Shown: piece by piece, positions 10,782 through 26,607 of the stretch
Layout of the letters: every line of letters begins with the position of its first letter
Position numbering within the stretch: position 1 is the stretch's first letter
Source of the DNA: Eledone cirrhosa
Lineage: Eukaryota
Direction: 5' to 3'
Assembly (NCBI GenBank): GCA_964016885.1
Contig: OZ024743.1
Span: forward strand, 214,892,001-214,956,000
DNA length: 64,000 bases
Position numbers and translations under genes: made by a program
Notes under the pieces: model-generated
What the model saw: the letters and a program-made list of their open reading frames with translations, nothing else
Told to the model about the DNA's origin: nothing
The model's database searches: none

Positions 10782-12049
10782 CCTGTCCGTGTGTGTGTGT
10801 GTTTGTTTGTTAGCGTGTGTATGCGTGTATGTGTGTAGGTGTGTGTGTGTTTGTTTGTGTTCGTATGTGTTTGTGCGTGTATGTGTGTGCACACGCGTAT
10901 TGAGTAATCTTTCATTAATCTGTTATTAAATGATAATTCGAATTGCTAATTTGAATAAACAATAACACGGTTTTAAGTGCAAGGTTCAGGTCACTTCACT
11001 TAAATTCAAATAATAAATATGAAATTAATTGGCAAAAATGTATTACTGCGTAAAGAAGTTTACATTGTCAGGAGTGGCCTACAATATATATTACGAAAAT
11101 CAAAAGAATCATATATATTTTAATAAAATTCTGATGAGAACCTCATCACGAGCTTCATTAATTTTATATATAATCGATCATGTTTCAAAATAAAACAATT
11201 CAAATTATTTTCATACAAAGCCAATTAATTTGTTATTTTAATAATATTTAACACTTAGGACGTAATTTGTCAAAATATGTTTACTTTGATATGTATTTTA
11301 TAGAAATGTATATTACAAGAAAAGAAAAATATATTCAGAATGATTTTGACTGCAATAATCAATGTATTATGTATTTAATAAATGTAATACAAGATAAGGT
11401 TAGTGAATAACACATGACATTGAATTTGAAGTGTAAATATAGCAACTTACATAAGTTGAACAGGTATATTTTAACCTTTAAATATCGAATATCACAGTTC
11501 GTTGGGGATTGATATTTAACCCATAACAACTGTATATAAAGAGAGTCCGATTTTACCCCTTAAAAGACTTTATCAACTTTAGTAGAAGAATAATGTAGTC
11601 TTGGAAAAAAAAAACCTAACAATTGATGTTCAAGCAAAGTAAAGAAATTGATCACGGGAAAACAAATCAATATCTAGTGATTTTCTAATTGTGAATAAAC
11701 TATGCCCCGCAAATACTCTTCTTATGTGAATCCAAATATAAATTACTAAAGATATAAAAGGAAAATTAAGCTTGTTATTCAAATCCAATCTTTAATTTCT
11801 GCAATCTTTTATTTGAAGATAGATGTAGCCCAACTTCAAATGCTTAATTTATCAGTCAATTAGTAACTATCTATTTTGCAAAAAAAGCATCTTGCCGCAT
11901 GTAATCTGGAAATGGTGAGCAATCCCTTGAGTTACTTTATGACAGAGAGAAAGACAGAGAGACAGAGTGAGAGAGACAGAATCTTAAACTCCTCATTATT
12001 TTTTCTCTGAGGTATATTATAGAAGAACATAGTTTACTGTATCATCCTT

Positions 12050-12360
12050 TCGTCTTTTAAGAATACTAAACAATCTACTCATACTGTGTTAGATGTTAGC
12101 TTTTAGTTCTATTGCTCTACTGTGACCAAAGCCTCATGAACTAATATACCCCAATGAGACAATATGCTCTGAAATGATTATACCTGTCCGTCGAATCTGC
12201 GCGTCCAGAATCAGACAGATCCACACAATGATCGCGTCTCGAGCTGTCCGCCGGCGAAACAATTGTAACACACAATAAATTGAGTTCAGATGCATCACTA
12301 ATTCTTCTTTTTCTATTCTATCATACTCTGCTCTGTAAGAGCATATAATGTTCAACCGGC
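12050..12360 (-). pseudogene. Decayed TIR domain (Toll-like receptor relic)
   Basis: IICSYRAEYDRIEKEELVMHLN resembles box 1; IRRTGIIISEHIV resembles SRRTIIVLSENF; WGILVHEAL follows after a frameshift. Confidence 0.5.
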
Positions 12361-12945
12361 ATACCGCCTATGGAAGCAACTTAGCTACCATCAGACACAT
12401 ATATGTGTGTGTGTGTGAGGGGGGCATGTCTATATTTGTGTGTGTCAATATATGTGTAATTTTGGTTTTACTGTTATTCACGTGTCAAACACTTTCCTTT
12501 CTCTCTCTTTTCCGACTTGAATTGTTTCCAATTGTTGGACGAATTAACTATTTATTTCTCGGTATAAATTACGGAAAGTATGTTTGAAACTCGGCTAATG
12601 TGATATGTCCAATGATGTTTCATTATCTAATTTGTAGATATACGCTTTTCCTATAATTCTAACCAGTTCAGCTACTATGATATGAATATTTAAAAATAAT
12701 TTTAGTTTTTCAAAGGGATATACATGGCATGGTTGCACAGGCAAACTGACATTAGGATCTGTAGCAATCATAAATAATATTTCTTTGAGAATATGGACGC
12801 ATTCATTAGTAATGAAAATGTTTTCTGGGAGTAAATAGGGTAGTTCTTATTCGTAGGCAACATCTATAGCTGAGTAAACCTTTTATGTAACTTATCCAAA
12901 TTACCTGATTTGGTTTTTTTACATTTATAACTCATAGTGCCAATG

Positions 12946-13863
12946 CTAGACCAGTATCTGAACAATGCAGCTTCTTAGTGTTAGAGAACGGCCTTCTACT
13001 GATCTGCCAGTTCTTCTGAACCAGTGTAGAAGGGTTCCAGAAGAAAAAATGTCCATGTCTTCTAATTGCATTACGTTCTCAAAATATTTTTGTTTAAAGC
13101 TGGAGGAACGCGTAAGATCCGAAAGAAAACAACTCATTCTTAATCTATCGATTACTCAAGTGATGAAACAAGTTTTAGACTATATAATCAAATAAATCCC
13201 TTTCCATTCTCTCCTCTCTCCTTTTCTGCTTTTTCCTACTATCCTCATTATCATTTATACCAATTCAATCCACAAATTCATGGAATCTGTACCATACTCG
13301 ATGATTTAATATCTGGAATATTATATCACAGGAATACATTACTCACGGTGAGAAAATTTATTTGGTAAGCTGTTATGTCATTAGTGTTTACATAATCATT
13401 CAAGAAATAAGATTTTACCAACATAAAGTTAAAACTCACTCAAAGAGAGAGAAATTGAGAAAGAGAGAGAGACTTGCGTACAAACTAAGATAGTGGAATG
13501 AAAGAAAAATGTGTTTTATGACTTAAAATATTTTCCCCTTATAGTGTTATCTAGGAACTATGCTTTAGAAACGACGTTTAGAAATGTATACGACTCCCTC
13601 CGTATTACTTGTAATTTCTCAATACAAGTACGATTGCATTGTGTCGTAGCTGAGCCCGATCCATTCGATATAATATCCAAATCTACATTAGTTTTATTCG
13701 TTGTTTGATGAATGGCAAAAGAGATGACCGCAGTTCTATCATCCCCGGTATCTATAAAATTCTCTCTGAAAGTATTATAAAGAAATTATACATAGCTGTA
13801 AATATAATTCTGTCTGTCTCTGTATCTGTCTCTGTCTCTCTGTCTCTCTCTCTTTCTCTCTGC

Positions 13864-13958
<95 letters not shown>

Positions 13959-14673
13959 TAGATTGAATTGCTTTTCATAGATTATTCATAGAATATGGAT
14001 TGACACACGTGGAAAAAATAGTGTGAAATTAGATTCAACAGAATAGATTATTACTTCTATCTTCTATTTCACGGTTAGTCCATAAAGCAGACCTATTATC
14101 TAATCTTGAAAGCCGTTCGTATTCCATAGTTACAAATGTGTGTTCAAAATATGACCGCATTCATAATGGAAGTAGGGATGTTTCATATTCCGTTAGAAAA
14201 CTGTTGTAACCAGATTCAGATATTTGTAGTTAAATGCAACATTCTGAAAGTGTAATTGTAGAATACAATAAAGGTTTTCATCACGAATGCAGATAGGATT
14301 TCAGAGAGGGTAATCTTTGAGAATAGCATCCCAAATACATGGAGCTATCACATTAGAATATGGCTGTTACTATCCCACGAAATGTATTATTGCAACGTTT
14401 AACAGTGTAACGTTAAACTGACAAATCTATCAGATTCTAACTGCGGCACGATTAAGTTGTAATGGATATTTGTAACCCCGAATAAAAAACATAGTCAACA
14501 TTTTAGCTTCCAACTCATACACGAGAAACACAAACCTCACAGAAAACTTACACACTCACACGTTCACACACATACATACACACGTACACACGTACACACA
14601 CGCACACACGGACCCACATGCATATATATATATATATATAATTATATAGTAAACGAATGAAGAATAACATGGT

Positions 14674-14769
<96 letters not shown>

Positions 14770-15482
14770 ATTGATAGATTAACAGAAATCCAAACTAATA
14801 GTGTAACATCTACTGAAACCCATTTAAAGTAGCAGTGAGTGCATTTCTAGGATATCTTCAGAAAGAACCTCCTTACAATATGGATTCAGATAATAGCGGG
14901 TTCATAGAAAATATATGCCCGCTTAAACTGCAAACTGCTACGGCATATATCCAGTAGATGCATTAATAAATCCCAACCGTAGTTAAATATTCATCTGGTT
15001 TAGATCCTAATCAACGCCAACAGTTTACTGATCTTCACATCTTTCAAAAACTGTTGAAATAAAAAAAAAGAATGTGATACATAGCGTATATTCCGGCATC
15101 AGAAACATTTTCGTAAACCACACTCACAAATAGTGGTTTCGATTTCTACTCTATCACTCAGCAATAACACAGCAAAACGTTTTGCCTTCATAGAAATAGC
15201 GGAGATAATCTCAAATCATCCAACCGCGTAATTGCAAAATTGCTGAATTGCATCACATTGATTGTAAGTACAATCATTGAACGATTTATTCCCAAAGAGA
15301 TAAAATACTGCATTTTAATTCATAATAAATCTTATGGAGGTATAATTGATGGACCTCATAACAAATATTACGTACTCATAATTCTATATTTAATCGTGCA
15401 AATCAACACATAATGAGCAGTATGTGAGGCAATGAAATATTAGGAGTAATAAGACAGAAATTCCATATTGGATATAAGCCCA

Positions 15483-15533
<51 letters not shown>

Positions 15534-16611
15534 TCTGTATATTAGCTAAATAAATATTCATTCTCAGCAACTTCCAAATAAGAGCAAGAGATTTATTTTA
15601 TTAATAGCGGACAGAGGAAAGGCAACATAAGGACATAAAACGCCGGAATATATAACACAAAGCAATTTGTCCGATTCTCCAATGGTTCTGTTACTTTTTG
15701 TATCTTTATTTACCCAATAAATCCCAAAATTATTCTAACGTTTTCATAAAAAAGTTCACATATAATTGATAATGAATTTGAATACAATATTGTTAATTTA
15801 AGTAATAGTTCTGCATTCCTACACCGACAAACACAAATACCAAGCATCTTGCAACTGTTTACTTAAAAATACTAATTGCACTAAAAGTACTAAATGTGCT
15901 TAAAAATATTACTAATTATACTTTGCAAGTATTTATGTTTTACAGTTAAACGTCTATTGAAAATTAGCAAATTCAGTGATAAAATTCGGCATTTACTTTG
16001 TTGCTTCCTAAAACAACCTAGGAGATATTGGACATTGGGCTTCTTTATATTTGCTTGACGATGCATATCTTAATTCATTACTGCATTTGTACATTTGTTT
16101 TGCATCTATAAGCAGATGCTTAAACTACGATCAGTTTACTAAATACAAAGAAAGTATACATTATTACTGATGTTTCAAATGGTACCATAAGTGTTAATAT
16201 TTGCAACAAGCAAATGTCTGGTTTCATAGTCTTAGTTTTAAGCAAACACAAGTTCGAATTTTACATACACAAAACCACTTATGGACACAAATCATTTCAC
16301 CTGACTTAATGCTTAACACGCATTAAGTAGGAATACATATGCAATCGAGGCAATAAGTGACACACTGCATCCTCACTCCACCTGTTAAAAAACATAGATA
16401 CATTTTTTTCATTGCATGATATTTTATTAAATAGTACATTGAATAATATAGCAACATCTAAGATACTATCATCTGGGATGTATTTCATTGTTAGTTTCTT
16501 CAATATCTTTAACACGAAGTCCTCTGCTACATAGTAAAATTCCATGTTCACTAGATTGTGCAAATGATTGCCGTTGAGAAACCCACCGAGAAATGTCACT
16601 CGAACTCTCAA
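12946..16611 (-). pseudogene. Decayed LRR/LRRCT segments interrupted by microsatellites
   Basis: YFENVMQLEDMDIFSS..LLHWFRR (12946-13137), KYLNL(G)YNS (about 14200-14226), NNTFRGI (about 14372-14392), FLNGNHLHNL..YIPDDS..LFNKIS (16306-16611). Confidence 0.5.
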
Positions 16612-17104
16612 ACCTTCGTTATTTGAATCATTTAAAGTAAATTTTAAAAAAAATGTTGAATGTTTTTCTCAATACGATGTCACCATAAAATACTGACTTC
16701 AACACCTAGCTTATCATTGCCCGTTCACACACAAAACATCTTAAAATGGCAGGATTTGGATGAACTGATTGATTCGAGGAAAATTTGTGAGATAACAGAT
16801 TATTTATTTATTTAATCATTTTAGGGTGTTGATCTAGTACCCGTTTACTTAGACGAAATTTCTCATTCGAAGTACTACTCATCATATCATGTTTACTTCA
16901 TGTTTACCACATTTGACCTGTACATTTTCTGTCGGTAACGTTGAAAAATGTTTATCTATTTAACAGTTACTACATCTATATGTAATGTCAAACAAAATAT
17001 TCTCAGTTATTGTTAAATATATGCTTCCATACTCATTTCAGCAGAACCTGTTATTGATCAACCCCTAGCGTTGCGATATTTAATATATATACATATATGC
17101 ACAT

Positions 17105-17225
17105 ATAGCTGTCGAAACGGCTGGAGCTCATCCTGACTCCTTTCCTATTACCCACTCTACTACCCGAAGTATCGAGTACTCTGGTGCGTTATGGTACACC
17201 AGGTTTAGTACCGCATTTTCTTTGT
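17105..17225 (+). mobile_element. Short repeat family C copy
   Basis: gtcgaaacggctggagctca..tacccactctactacccgaagtatcgagtac..gtgcgttatgg. Confidence 0.75.
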
Positions 17226-17466
17226 TATATATATAAATACGACGGTGAATTTATTATATATATATACCCGTGCATATATAAAAGCATGTATCTGCATCTG
17301 TCTCGCTGTAAATATATACATATATTACAAGTTCGGTACAAGGATGATGGCTTAAAACCAAAATTGGTAACTTATCAACCTAATGAGAAAATTCCGCTGT
17401 GTGTATCAAATACCTTGTTGATCACTATTCCCTACTCTATACACAAACACACATATGTGTGTATGG

Positions 17467-17579
<113 letters not shown>

Positions 17580-17879
17580 CGTGCGTATTGTGTGTGGCAC
17601 TCCTTCTGCTTGAGTGATCGTGAATATGCACGTATGCCAGCAGCATTCATGAAATAATTGGGTAAAAGCAAAAGGCAAATATGTATGAAAATATTCAAAA
17701 TGAATTATTCAATATCACATGTACGTACACGAATTTAACTGCATTCAACAGATAGGAGACATAAATATATTTGGTATACATACAGCGGAAATGTCTACAT
17801 TGAAACCTGTCTCATTCTTACCCCGTCACTCACACCCACATACCAACACTCACACTCACGCCCGCCCTATGAACCCCCT

Positions 17880-17946
<67 letters not shown>

Positions 17947-18072
17947 TGTATATGTATATATATATATATATATATACGTATATGAGTACATACATACAAC
18001 ATACAAACACATACATATACATATATGCAGAAACACACACGCACGCACATAAACACACACTCTCACACACAG

Positions 18073-18177
<105 letters not shown>

Positions 18178-18623
18178 TATATATGCTCTGTATAAGACCT
18201 TTATGAAGAGTTTTATGTGTGTTATTGTATAACTGTTTTATTGTATATTTTAATTTCGGATTAAATGTATCATAAATATGAAAACATTAAGACGCTGTCA
18301 GACTAAACGAGGCATTAAAGTTCTTTATTATCAAAATGCTTCTTTTGATTTATTTACGAAATCATTTATAAAAGAAAACTAGATATTCATTTCTCAGAGA
18401 CTACGAAGTATTCGTATATTAGTGACTGTTATTTTGGTGTTATTTATTGCTTTATACCACAGATATCTATTTTGATGAGTTTTCTTTTTACTCCTCTATA
18501 CATAAATACACATGCATGCATATATACTTACGCGCACATCATCTAATCTCGCATACGCATGCTTGTAGACACATGCAGCCACACACTTAAACACTGACAC
18601 ACACACACATATATACATATAAA

Positions 18624-18691
<68 letters not shown>

Positions 18692-19559
18692 TGTAAGTGT
18701 GTGCATATATATAAATATATATGTATATACATATATATGTGTGTGTCTGTTTGTGTTGGTGTAATTCAACCTGAATCAATTAAACATTTTTCTATTCTTT
18801 TCAGCTTTTTGTTATTCTAAATGCTTTATCTTTCTCATATAATGTTGTTTTTCCCCTAATTTTTTTGTATATTTTTGGTTTATTCGTACCAGTAATTATT
18901 TTTCTTAAGTTACGCTATAAATTGTTTTATCTTTGTGTCCTTGTCATTTAAAGTGTATGCTCGTTCTGAACCTGAAGGCATTTCGCAGTTTGTATTTTTA
19001 CTTACTGTTTCCGTGATACCATGTACGATTTGGAAATACATCTTTCTGTTATGTTATTTATCGCCCATATATTTCCAGTAAGACTTAATGATATACTTTA
19101 ACTTCTGCTCGTCAATATTTTTAACTAATATGATCTCAATAGTTTTCTGACAAGAACATTCTTATTAGGTACGTTTCATTTTATTTATGCTATTTTTTAT
19201 TTGTAATCACACGAATGCGTTTTTATGTAATATACTGAATATGCAACTATTTTTGTTTTCTGAATGTAAGCGATATTCCATAAACAACTACATGGCCTTG
19301 ATTACACATTAAATGCATCTGTGTTTTATAATGGTTTAGAAAGAGAAAGTAATTCCAACATGATTCAATTTATTTAATGCTATATGATGGAATTCCTATT
19401 TTGATGAAACGAATTATGCTATGGCACGCTTCAAAGATTTATCTATTACTAACTGAATGGTGAATCAAATCAACTTTTTACATAACGTGAAAATTTCTAA
19501 ATCGAAAATAAAAATTTAGTCCAGCTGCAATATAATATCTTAATCATATCGATCAATCA

Positions 19560-21965
19560 GCTGACATGAATCATCTAATTGCATTGCTTAGACTCCTGTA
19601 AACATTTTTGAATATCGATTTAAATTATCGTATTCCTTCACTCCTTCGAATCACGACCGCCACACTGATATATTGCGTATTCCATGTCCTAATACCGATT
19701 TATAAAGCAATGGCTAACTCCTCTATTTGCATTTGTGTAAAGTAAAAAGAATGAACATAAAACAACAACGAACATATATATATGGAATTTAAATAAATAT
19801 ATTTTACACTTCATAAAGAAATTTTGACTTACACATGTTTTACAGCTGTTTCTAATTCGATATAAATCATCCCCAAAAGCTTATACGTTGTGTGGGGATA
19901 AGATTTTCAGTAATGCTATTCTTCTCTAATATTTAATAACACTTTTTATATTCATTTTTAATCAGTTAATTTAGCTTTACTTTCTTCTGTTATGGTAGAC
20001 AGAAATGATGAGCATATATTACATTTAAATACAACAGACGCTGTACCCTACATTCCTTATAATAATAAATATTTTGAATAATCATATAAAAGCTGCGAAG
20101 GAATGGTAGATGTCAAGAAAAAGAAATATATTTGAGACCTACAGCATATAGCGATGTTTGGTCTGTTTTTTTTTCACGGATAAAACTGAAAAACCAATTT
20201 AGAAAAAAGCATCATATTTCATCAGTCTAATAAACAAAGCTAGGAAAAATCCAAGTCACTGAGCAGCAAAAATATCAATTATTTGTAAACATTTCGAAAA
20301 TAGACATGGTGGCGAATTGTAAATCAATATCTAATGCAATGCTGTTTAGAAACGATTGCAGAGAGATCTCAAAATATATCTTCATTCAACTGGGTCCGGT
20401 GAAGGATCACCCTCACAAATAAGATATTGCAAGGATGCTTACCAGAATACTATACTTGAAGAACTGCTGTACGCTATGAATATGGTGTTTGCACTCAGTT
20501 CCAACAACAATAGTTTCTCTTACGATTGAACGTGATGAATGTGTGTGGCTTGTGAAGAATTAAATACATGTCTGAATTACCTGTCGCATAATATATGGAT
20601 ATAATATGGTAAGTGTAAAACAAAGTTTTTGTTAACTCCATTATTACTGAAATTATTGGTGGATATAACATGACCGTCTTTGAATGGTTTATCTGTAGAC
20701 ACATCTGTTACTAATTCACAAGGCAAGATTTGCAAGCGAAAAATGTTCCTTGAATACGAATCGCAAGCTATCGGTGATTTCTTACGTATGCGATCTAAGG
20801 ATGAATTAATTTTCAAACTTTTACAATGTTGTCACCATTTAAGACATTATTCGACATTCACTTCAATCAATTCAATGATAAAGTACAAATCGCACCCATA
20901 TCTATAAATATATAATTTGTAGTATGTATAATTAAAGTCAGCTGACACATTTAACATATTTACGCAATTACTCTATCACTGCATTTCCTCCTTCATAGAC
21001 ACAAACGACCACTTTTCAGAAGTACGTGTCCTTGAGATATTAGAGAATCATAATCATATCTCAGTTATGACTACTGTAATGTTTGATGAGGTAAAGAAAA
21101 TACTCATCAATTCTTTAAAAAATTATTTTTTCAAAATTAAGTTGTACGAAGGAATTAAAACAATCTACACATTGCACAAACGTTAAATATGACCAAGCCA
21201 AAATATATATAGTCATTTTAATCAAATATATTTGTCAAAGTTAATCTAAAAAAACAACAACAAAAACAACAACACAGGATAGTTACACTGGTTATGGTCA
21301 TAGTTATGACGAAAAGATGCGATCCATGTTCATCCCAAACTAGTTTCTTAACATTTATGATGGATTGCATTAAACCACGTATGGTTACATTTTAAAGATG
21401 TTAAGAATTCCATTTTTTTAAGTTTGGCTGATATTTTGAACAGGTTTTTATCAGATGAGACAATACCGTAGTTGATCGTATTTTGACGCCATATATTTGG
21501 TGTTGATAAGTATGTTTCCATGCAGTCCTCCGCTCTGTTTCGGCAAGCTTGTGAATAAAGACATCCAAACCATGAATTCCTGGCATATTTATGCATGGAG
21601 CTATCACAGAACTAAATTATCAGATGCGTTCTTCTCTAGGGACATGAATGAAAATTGTACTTTATATTTATCTAGTTTGTCGTTTTCACAGAGAACCAAA
21701 CGAGTTTTTTAGCCACCAGTTCGTGTCATGGCAATTGTAAACGTGTACGAAAGTTTACCGGGATTGGGTGTGGAAACATTCTGCTATTCTGTTTAGTTCC
21801 CACCAATTACGTCCGTCCGTATAGCTCGTTCCAGTGGATGTCCGTGAATCTGCGTCAGAGATCTATTCTTGGAGCACATGCACCGAACCCAATTCTCATC
21901 CGTTTTAACAACAATACACATTTCAGGCGGGCTGGCAGGCACAGGACCCATGCTTGATGCATAGG
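19560..21965 (-). pseudogene. Decayed N-terminal TLR/LRR ectodomain
   Basis: PPEMCIVVKTDENWVRCMCSKNRSLTQI (LRRNT-like, about 21850-21930), DKNLFKISAKLKKMEFL, LNEDIF*DLS (about 20360-20389), KMFTGV (about 19590-19608). Confidence 0.45.
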
Positions 21966-22549
21966 CTATATTTCAGATGTTTAAATAAACAACAGGTTTC
22001 ACTGAATCTATATATATTTGTAAATTTGAGTGTAAAATTCAAAAGAAGCTCGATTGGATTTGAACACAAAACGTAAAGTGTCGTGTCTAAATATCGAGAA
22101 AAATGTTGATTTATGATCTAACTTTTCAGCAACAATCTTTTGGATCAATGTACTTATTATCTCTATATTCCAGAAGCTTTAGCTCGTGTCATAACGTGCG
22201 TTTTTATACTCTCTGTATCACATATACGCTGCACCAGTAGAATATTTCTGATTCTACTTAGAGATATCCATGCCATATTAAATGATTTGCCATCAGAAAT
22301 AACACTCTCGTAACATATAGTAAACTAATGTGAAATCTCACCAAATCAATTTAACACATGTATACACATGTTTGGAATACGATTATTGATACAATAACCA
22401 TTATAGATTAAGTTGGGTAAACAATTTATTTCATATGAAAATTGTATTGAACTTATATTAAACTCGAAGAAATATCCTTCACCAACATTTAGTTCACCGT
22501 ATAACATTATACACATAGAAACAATTCTGTATCATCACCACCATGAGGA

Positions 22550-22960
22550 ATTTAAATATAAATATTGGCGTTAATTGCTCAGATAGTGTTTATGCGTAAC
22601 AGTTCATGTGCATTTCACTAGCATCACATAATTTGCAGCTATGTTGGAAAAATGAATATGAAAGTCAGAACATGAAACAAAATCCCAAACCTTAAGTTTG
22701 TTTTTAATATTTCCCAAACGATATTAGCGAAATTGATAATTTGATAGTGTATCTATTGTGTTTTCTATTTCTTGCAAAATGTTATTGTCCATGGGATATT
22801 TATCGGACACTTTGCAATGTGTACGAGACAACAATTATTTTCAGTTCATAGATGAAGCTAAACATTACAGACCTCTGTTTTGGATACAAAGTGTAAGTTC
22901 GTTTTGCTAATCCAATAAAGCCATAAATATCATAATTCATACTTCTCTTGTTTTGCATTG
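22550..22960 (-). pseudogene. Possible second decayed TIR domain
   Basis: NYDIYGFIG (box 1-like), PMDNNILQEIENT (like I.DNI..AIE.S) and KHYL in the expected order. Confidence 0.3.
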
Positions 22961-23609
22961 GCAAACAAGATTAGCTCGAATCAAATGGCTTTTGGTCAAA
23001 GCATGCCACAATATTACAATATAATGCAATTTTCACTTTGCTTTCAATTAGTAGAAGCCTCTATTTAATAACAAGTATATGTATTGATCTTTATATCATT
23101 ATTATTATCATCAACATCATCATCATAATCAACGTCATCATTGTTCTCATACTATAGTTGTTATTTCTATTGTTGTTGCTGATAATTATTTCGTTGTTTA
23201 TGATGTTAATTTTAGTATTTTTGTTCAGAACTAGATATGAAGTGCTTTGCTTGGGTCCGCGTATCTTGAAAATAATTTCTGTTTATTTGGCCTTTTTGAC
23301 ATTTGTTCTTGTTGATAGTTTTTGTACGGCCTTTTTGTTCCACAACTGATCACGAGCATAAAGGATATGATCAATTCCATTTGTATCCTCCATTGAGGCT
23401 ATTCTTTAAAGTAATTGTTGTTCATTCACCCTGTAAAAATAAATAAATAAAAGCATCATAATAGACATCCTCATTGCAATCCTGCCATGAAGAGGAGTGA
23501 GGATCATGATGGAAAAGATTTTGATCAATTTGGATTAATCGAATGATTTAGATATGATAGATAAAATCGAATTTGTAATTGTTTTGAAAGATTCAGATGC
23601 ACATACGAA

Positions 23610-23945
23610 CTATTGATCATATTGCCAGCTTGGCGGAGAGAACTGAGCTCCTAGCAAAATTCCAGATGCCAGGTGCACATACTTGGTCTCTTCATGATCC
23701 AGTACTGTAGCCAAGTTAAAGAGACGACCAGCGAAACGTTGTCTCACAAATGGCAACCACACCTGTTCACCATTTAAAAATATCTGAAGATGCAGTAACC
23801 TTAGCGCATGTTTGTGTATCAGTAGCCGCGTCATTCCCAGCCCTCCGCGTAGATGGTGCTGGCAGTAGAAGTACCGCCTCAACAATGAAAAATGCCCCTT
23901 CCACAAAATCGGAAGAGCAGACTTTCCAATTTGATTAGGTGCGCA
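23610..23945 (-). mobile_element. L1/Tx1-like LINE ORF2 C-terminal fragment
   Basis: ILWKG..RR....GGLGM..L..HALRLLHL..FLNGEQVW.PFV. Confidence 0.6.
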
Positions 23946-23954
23946 AGGAACGCC

Positions 23955-24510
23955 TATTGGAAACATTCTGACTCCCCATGACCCGAGAAAGCCAGGCAAA
24001 ACAGGCCTATGATGATCCCCTTTTTCGAGAGCAACAACATCATCTACCTCGACGGACACCCCCAATGCCAGACAGTCATTAAATATTACTATTGAGAGGT
24101 GTTGATTCAGTTCAGAAAGATATTTCGTCGCAACAGGCCAGAACTCTTCACCTCTTGTCATTGAAACATACACCAAGGCAAGGACCCCTGCCACAAATCC
24201 GTCCTTATATTGACCTCCTTGGCTGACATGGGGATCAGAAATGGTCCTCATTCTCCCTACAGTCTAGATTTAGCCCTGTCCTATGTGTGAATGTTTCCGC
24301 AGCTGAAGCAGAAGTTCAGAGGTGTTTGCTTTAAGACGTGTAGGAGATGGAGGAGGCTGTGGATGGCGGCTTGGACAACTTCACCTTAGAACTCTACAAG
24401 GGATCCTTCAAGAGGAGATTGGAGCGCAGCAAAAGGTGCATTGAAATTTGAGTGTTCTACATTGAACGTATAGAATTTTGTGTTGAGCTGAATTAAATAA
24501 ATGCTTCTCT
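23955..24510 (+). mobile_element. Mariner (Tc1/mariner) transposase relic, C-terminal half
   Basis: WKHSDSP*PEKARQ..MMIPFF..QTVIKYYY*EVL..FRRNRPELF..HQGKDPCH..PHSPYSLDLA..FPQLK..LERSKRCIEI. Confidence 0.85.
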
Positions 24511-24773
24511 GATAAAAGCCACACGATATTCTGAGTTTACTTCGTACATATACGTGTAAGCACATTTACGGTGACACCCGTGTGATTAGGAATATACACA
24601 GATACAGATACACACGCATGTATAAATAGTATATATATATATATATATATATATATACAAACATACATTTATATATGCATACAAATATTTGTATACACAT
24701 ATACACAAATCAATGATTACACACACACACATACACACACGCACACACATACACACACACTCACACACGCGCG

Positions 24774-24817
<44 letters not shown>

Positions 24818-25902
24818 CGCAAACACATATGTACATTCACATGTACGTCTATATAGATACGTACATAGAAAAAAAAGAATATGGTACAATAGATAGTAAT
24901 ACGTAACAAACTGTAGATTAGATGAAACATGTAGCATGTAAGATAAGACGAAGATAATAGAGAAAATCCCCACAGAGCTATGTTATGGGCAGTTAAACAT
25001 GAATCAACCCAAACAGCCATACATATTAATATAAGCAGGAGTATGTAGAGCAATAGTTAGTCGGTATTTGAAATGCGTGTAATAAGCTTATAGTGATTGT
25101 GTAATGTCTATGTGAGAAGAGAATAATAATGTATTTATGTATTACCTATGTTTATGCAACACAGGTTCAGTAAAAAAGTAATTAGATGCTATTACAAGGA
25201 AAGTAAGTATTCGGGCGTGGCTAGTACATTAGATCTTATGCGTGCGATAAATATGCGGTTTTATATTACTCCTGTAAGGAAATTTAGTAGTACATCTATA
25301 TCTACCGTTGATGCGTCCCCATGAATGTTTTGTCGTGGCTGTGAGGCCAATTGCAGATCATTAGTAAACAATAAAATTAAGGAACGTTTCTCAGAGGCTA
25401 CACATTCCTATGATTGAAAGATAGATACATCTGCAACTAGACATTAATAATATCTCATATGTTCGCTCACATCGCACTAAGTTGGTATTATTTAACCAGT
25501 GACATAAGTACATACAAGCAAAGCTACACTTCATAATTGTATGATAACCTTATGATCTCACATAGAGAGTGTCAATGATATCACCATTCAATAACCTGTC
25601 ACTAAAATATATATTATACAATAAAACAATTACGTAAAATAAAATGTTTCTTATAAACATTATATATGAAGTACGCACACACACACATCTCCCACTCTCA
25701 AGCGTGAAACTAAAAACCATACCATTTGTATTACCTCTCTGTTTTTTGTTCTCTGTTCATTGTGTCACCTATATATATATATATATATATATTATATGAT
25801 GGCTGCCCCCTCGTTATCGAGTATGGCCATTGCACGAGGAGAAAGAAAAAAAAATGATAATAATAAATAAATAAAAATAAAATAAAAAAAAAAGAAATAT
25901 AT

Positions 25903-25954
<52 letters not shown>

Positions 25955-25957
25955 ATA

Positions 25958-26035
25958 CTATTACTATTATTGTTACTACTACTACTATTACTACTAATAC
26001 TACTACTATTACTACTACTACCACTACCACTACCA

Positions 26036-26069
<34 letters not shown>

Positions 26070-26115
26070 CACTACTACTACTTCTCCTTCTCCTTCATCT
26101 TCATCTTCTTCTTCT
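25958..26115. repeat. (CTA/CCA/CTT)n compound microsatellite
   Basis: Seen directly. Confidence 0.95.
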
Positions 26116-26607
26116 GAAAACTATTATTGATATTATTTGTCCCTCTACATATCTATTGGCATGTCTATCTGTTTGGCTGATTGTGTATCAAAGATGATCT
26201 ATAATAACAAAGAACGACACCCAGTAGCTGTGAGAAGATAGAGAGATACATGTGTAAAATATAATCCTCGTAATTTAACTAATGCCTTCGATGATATGAG
26301 TATTAAAGAATATTAAATCCACTGATTTAAATGAATATAGAAAGAAATACGTCAATAAACCGCAGTCAAATGAAGAATTTCGATGGTTGAAGTACATTTG
26401 CTTAGTATACTGTAATCAAGGAATTATAAACTCAATTATTATTTAACTATAAACCCCATCAATTTTTAAGGGCACTCTGCTGATATTTATAATATCTAAT
26501 TTTGATTTAAACTATTTCTCTCTCTATCTCACTCTCTCTCTCCCTCTCTATCGCCATCTCTCTCTCTCTATATATATATGAGTGTATATATATATATATA
26601 TATATAT

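Noticed and set aside
11131-11150. CTGATGAG as a hammerhead core
   Set aside because: It forms a local hairpin with CTCATCA and has no GAAA or stem III.
14835-14868. Minus-strand CTGAAGA..GAAA
   Set aside because: No credible stem I or stem II.
17337-17374. gatgatggcttaaaaccaaaattggta as a decayed PLE hammerhead
   Set aside because: Needs four or more substitutions to restore; plausible but not supportable.
23610-24251. 213-aa minus-strand ORF as a host gene
   Set aside because: Composite of antisense mariner sequence and a Tx1-like fragment.
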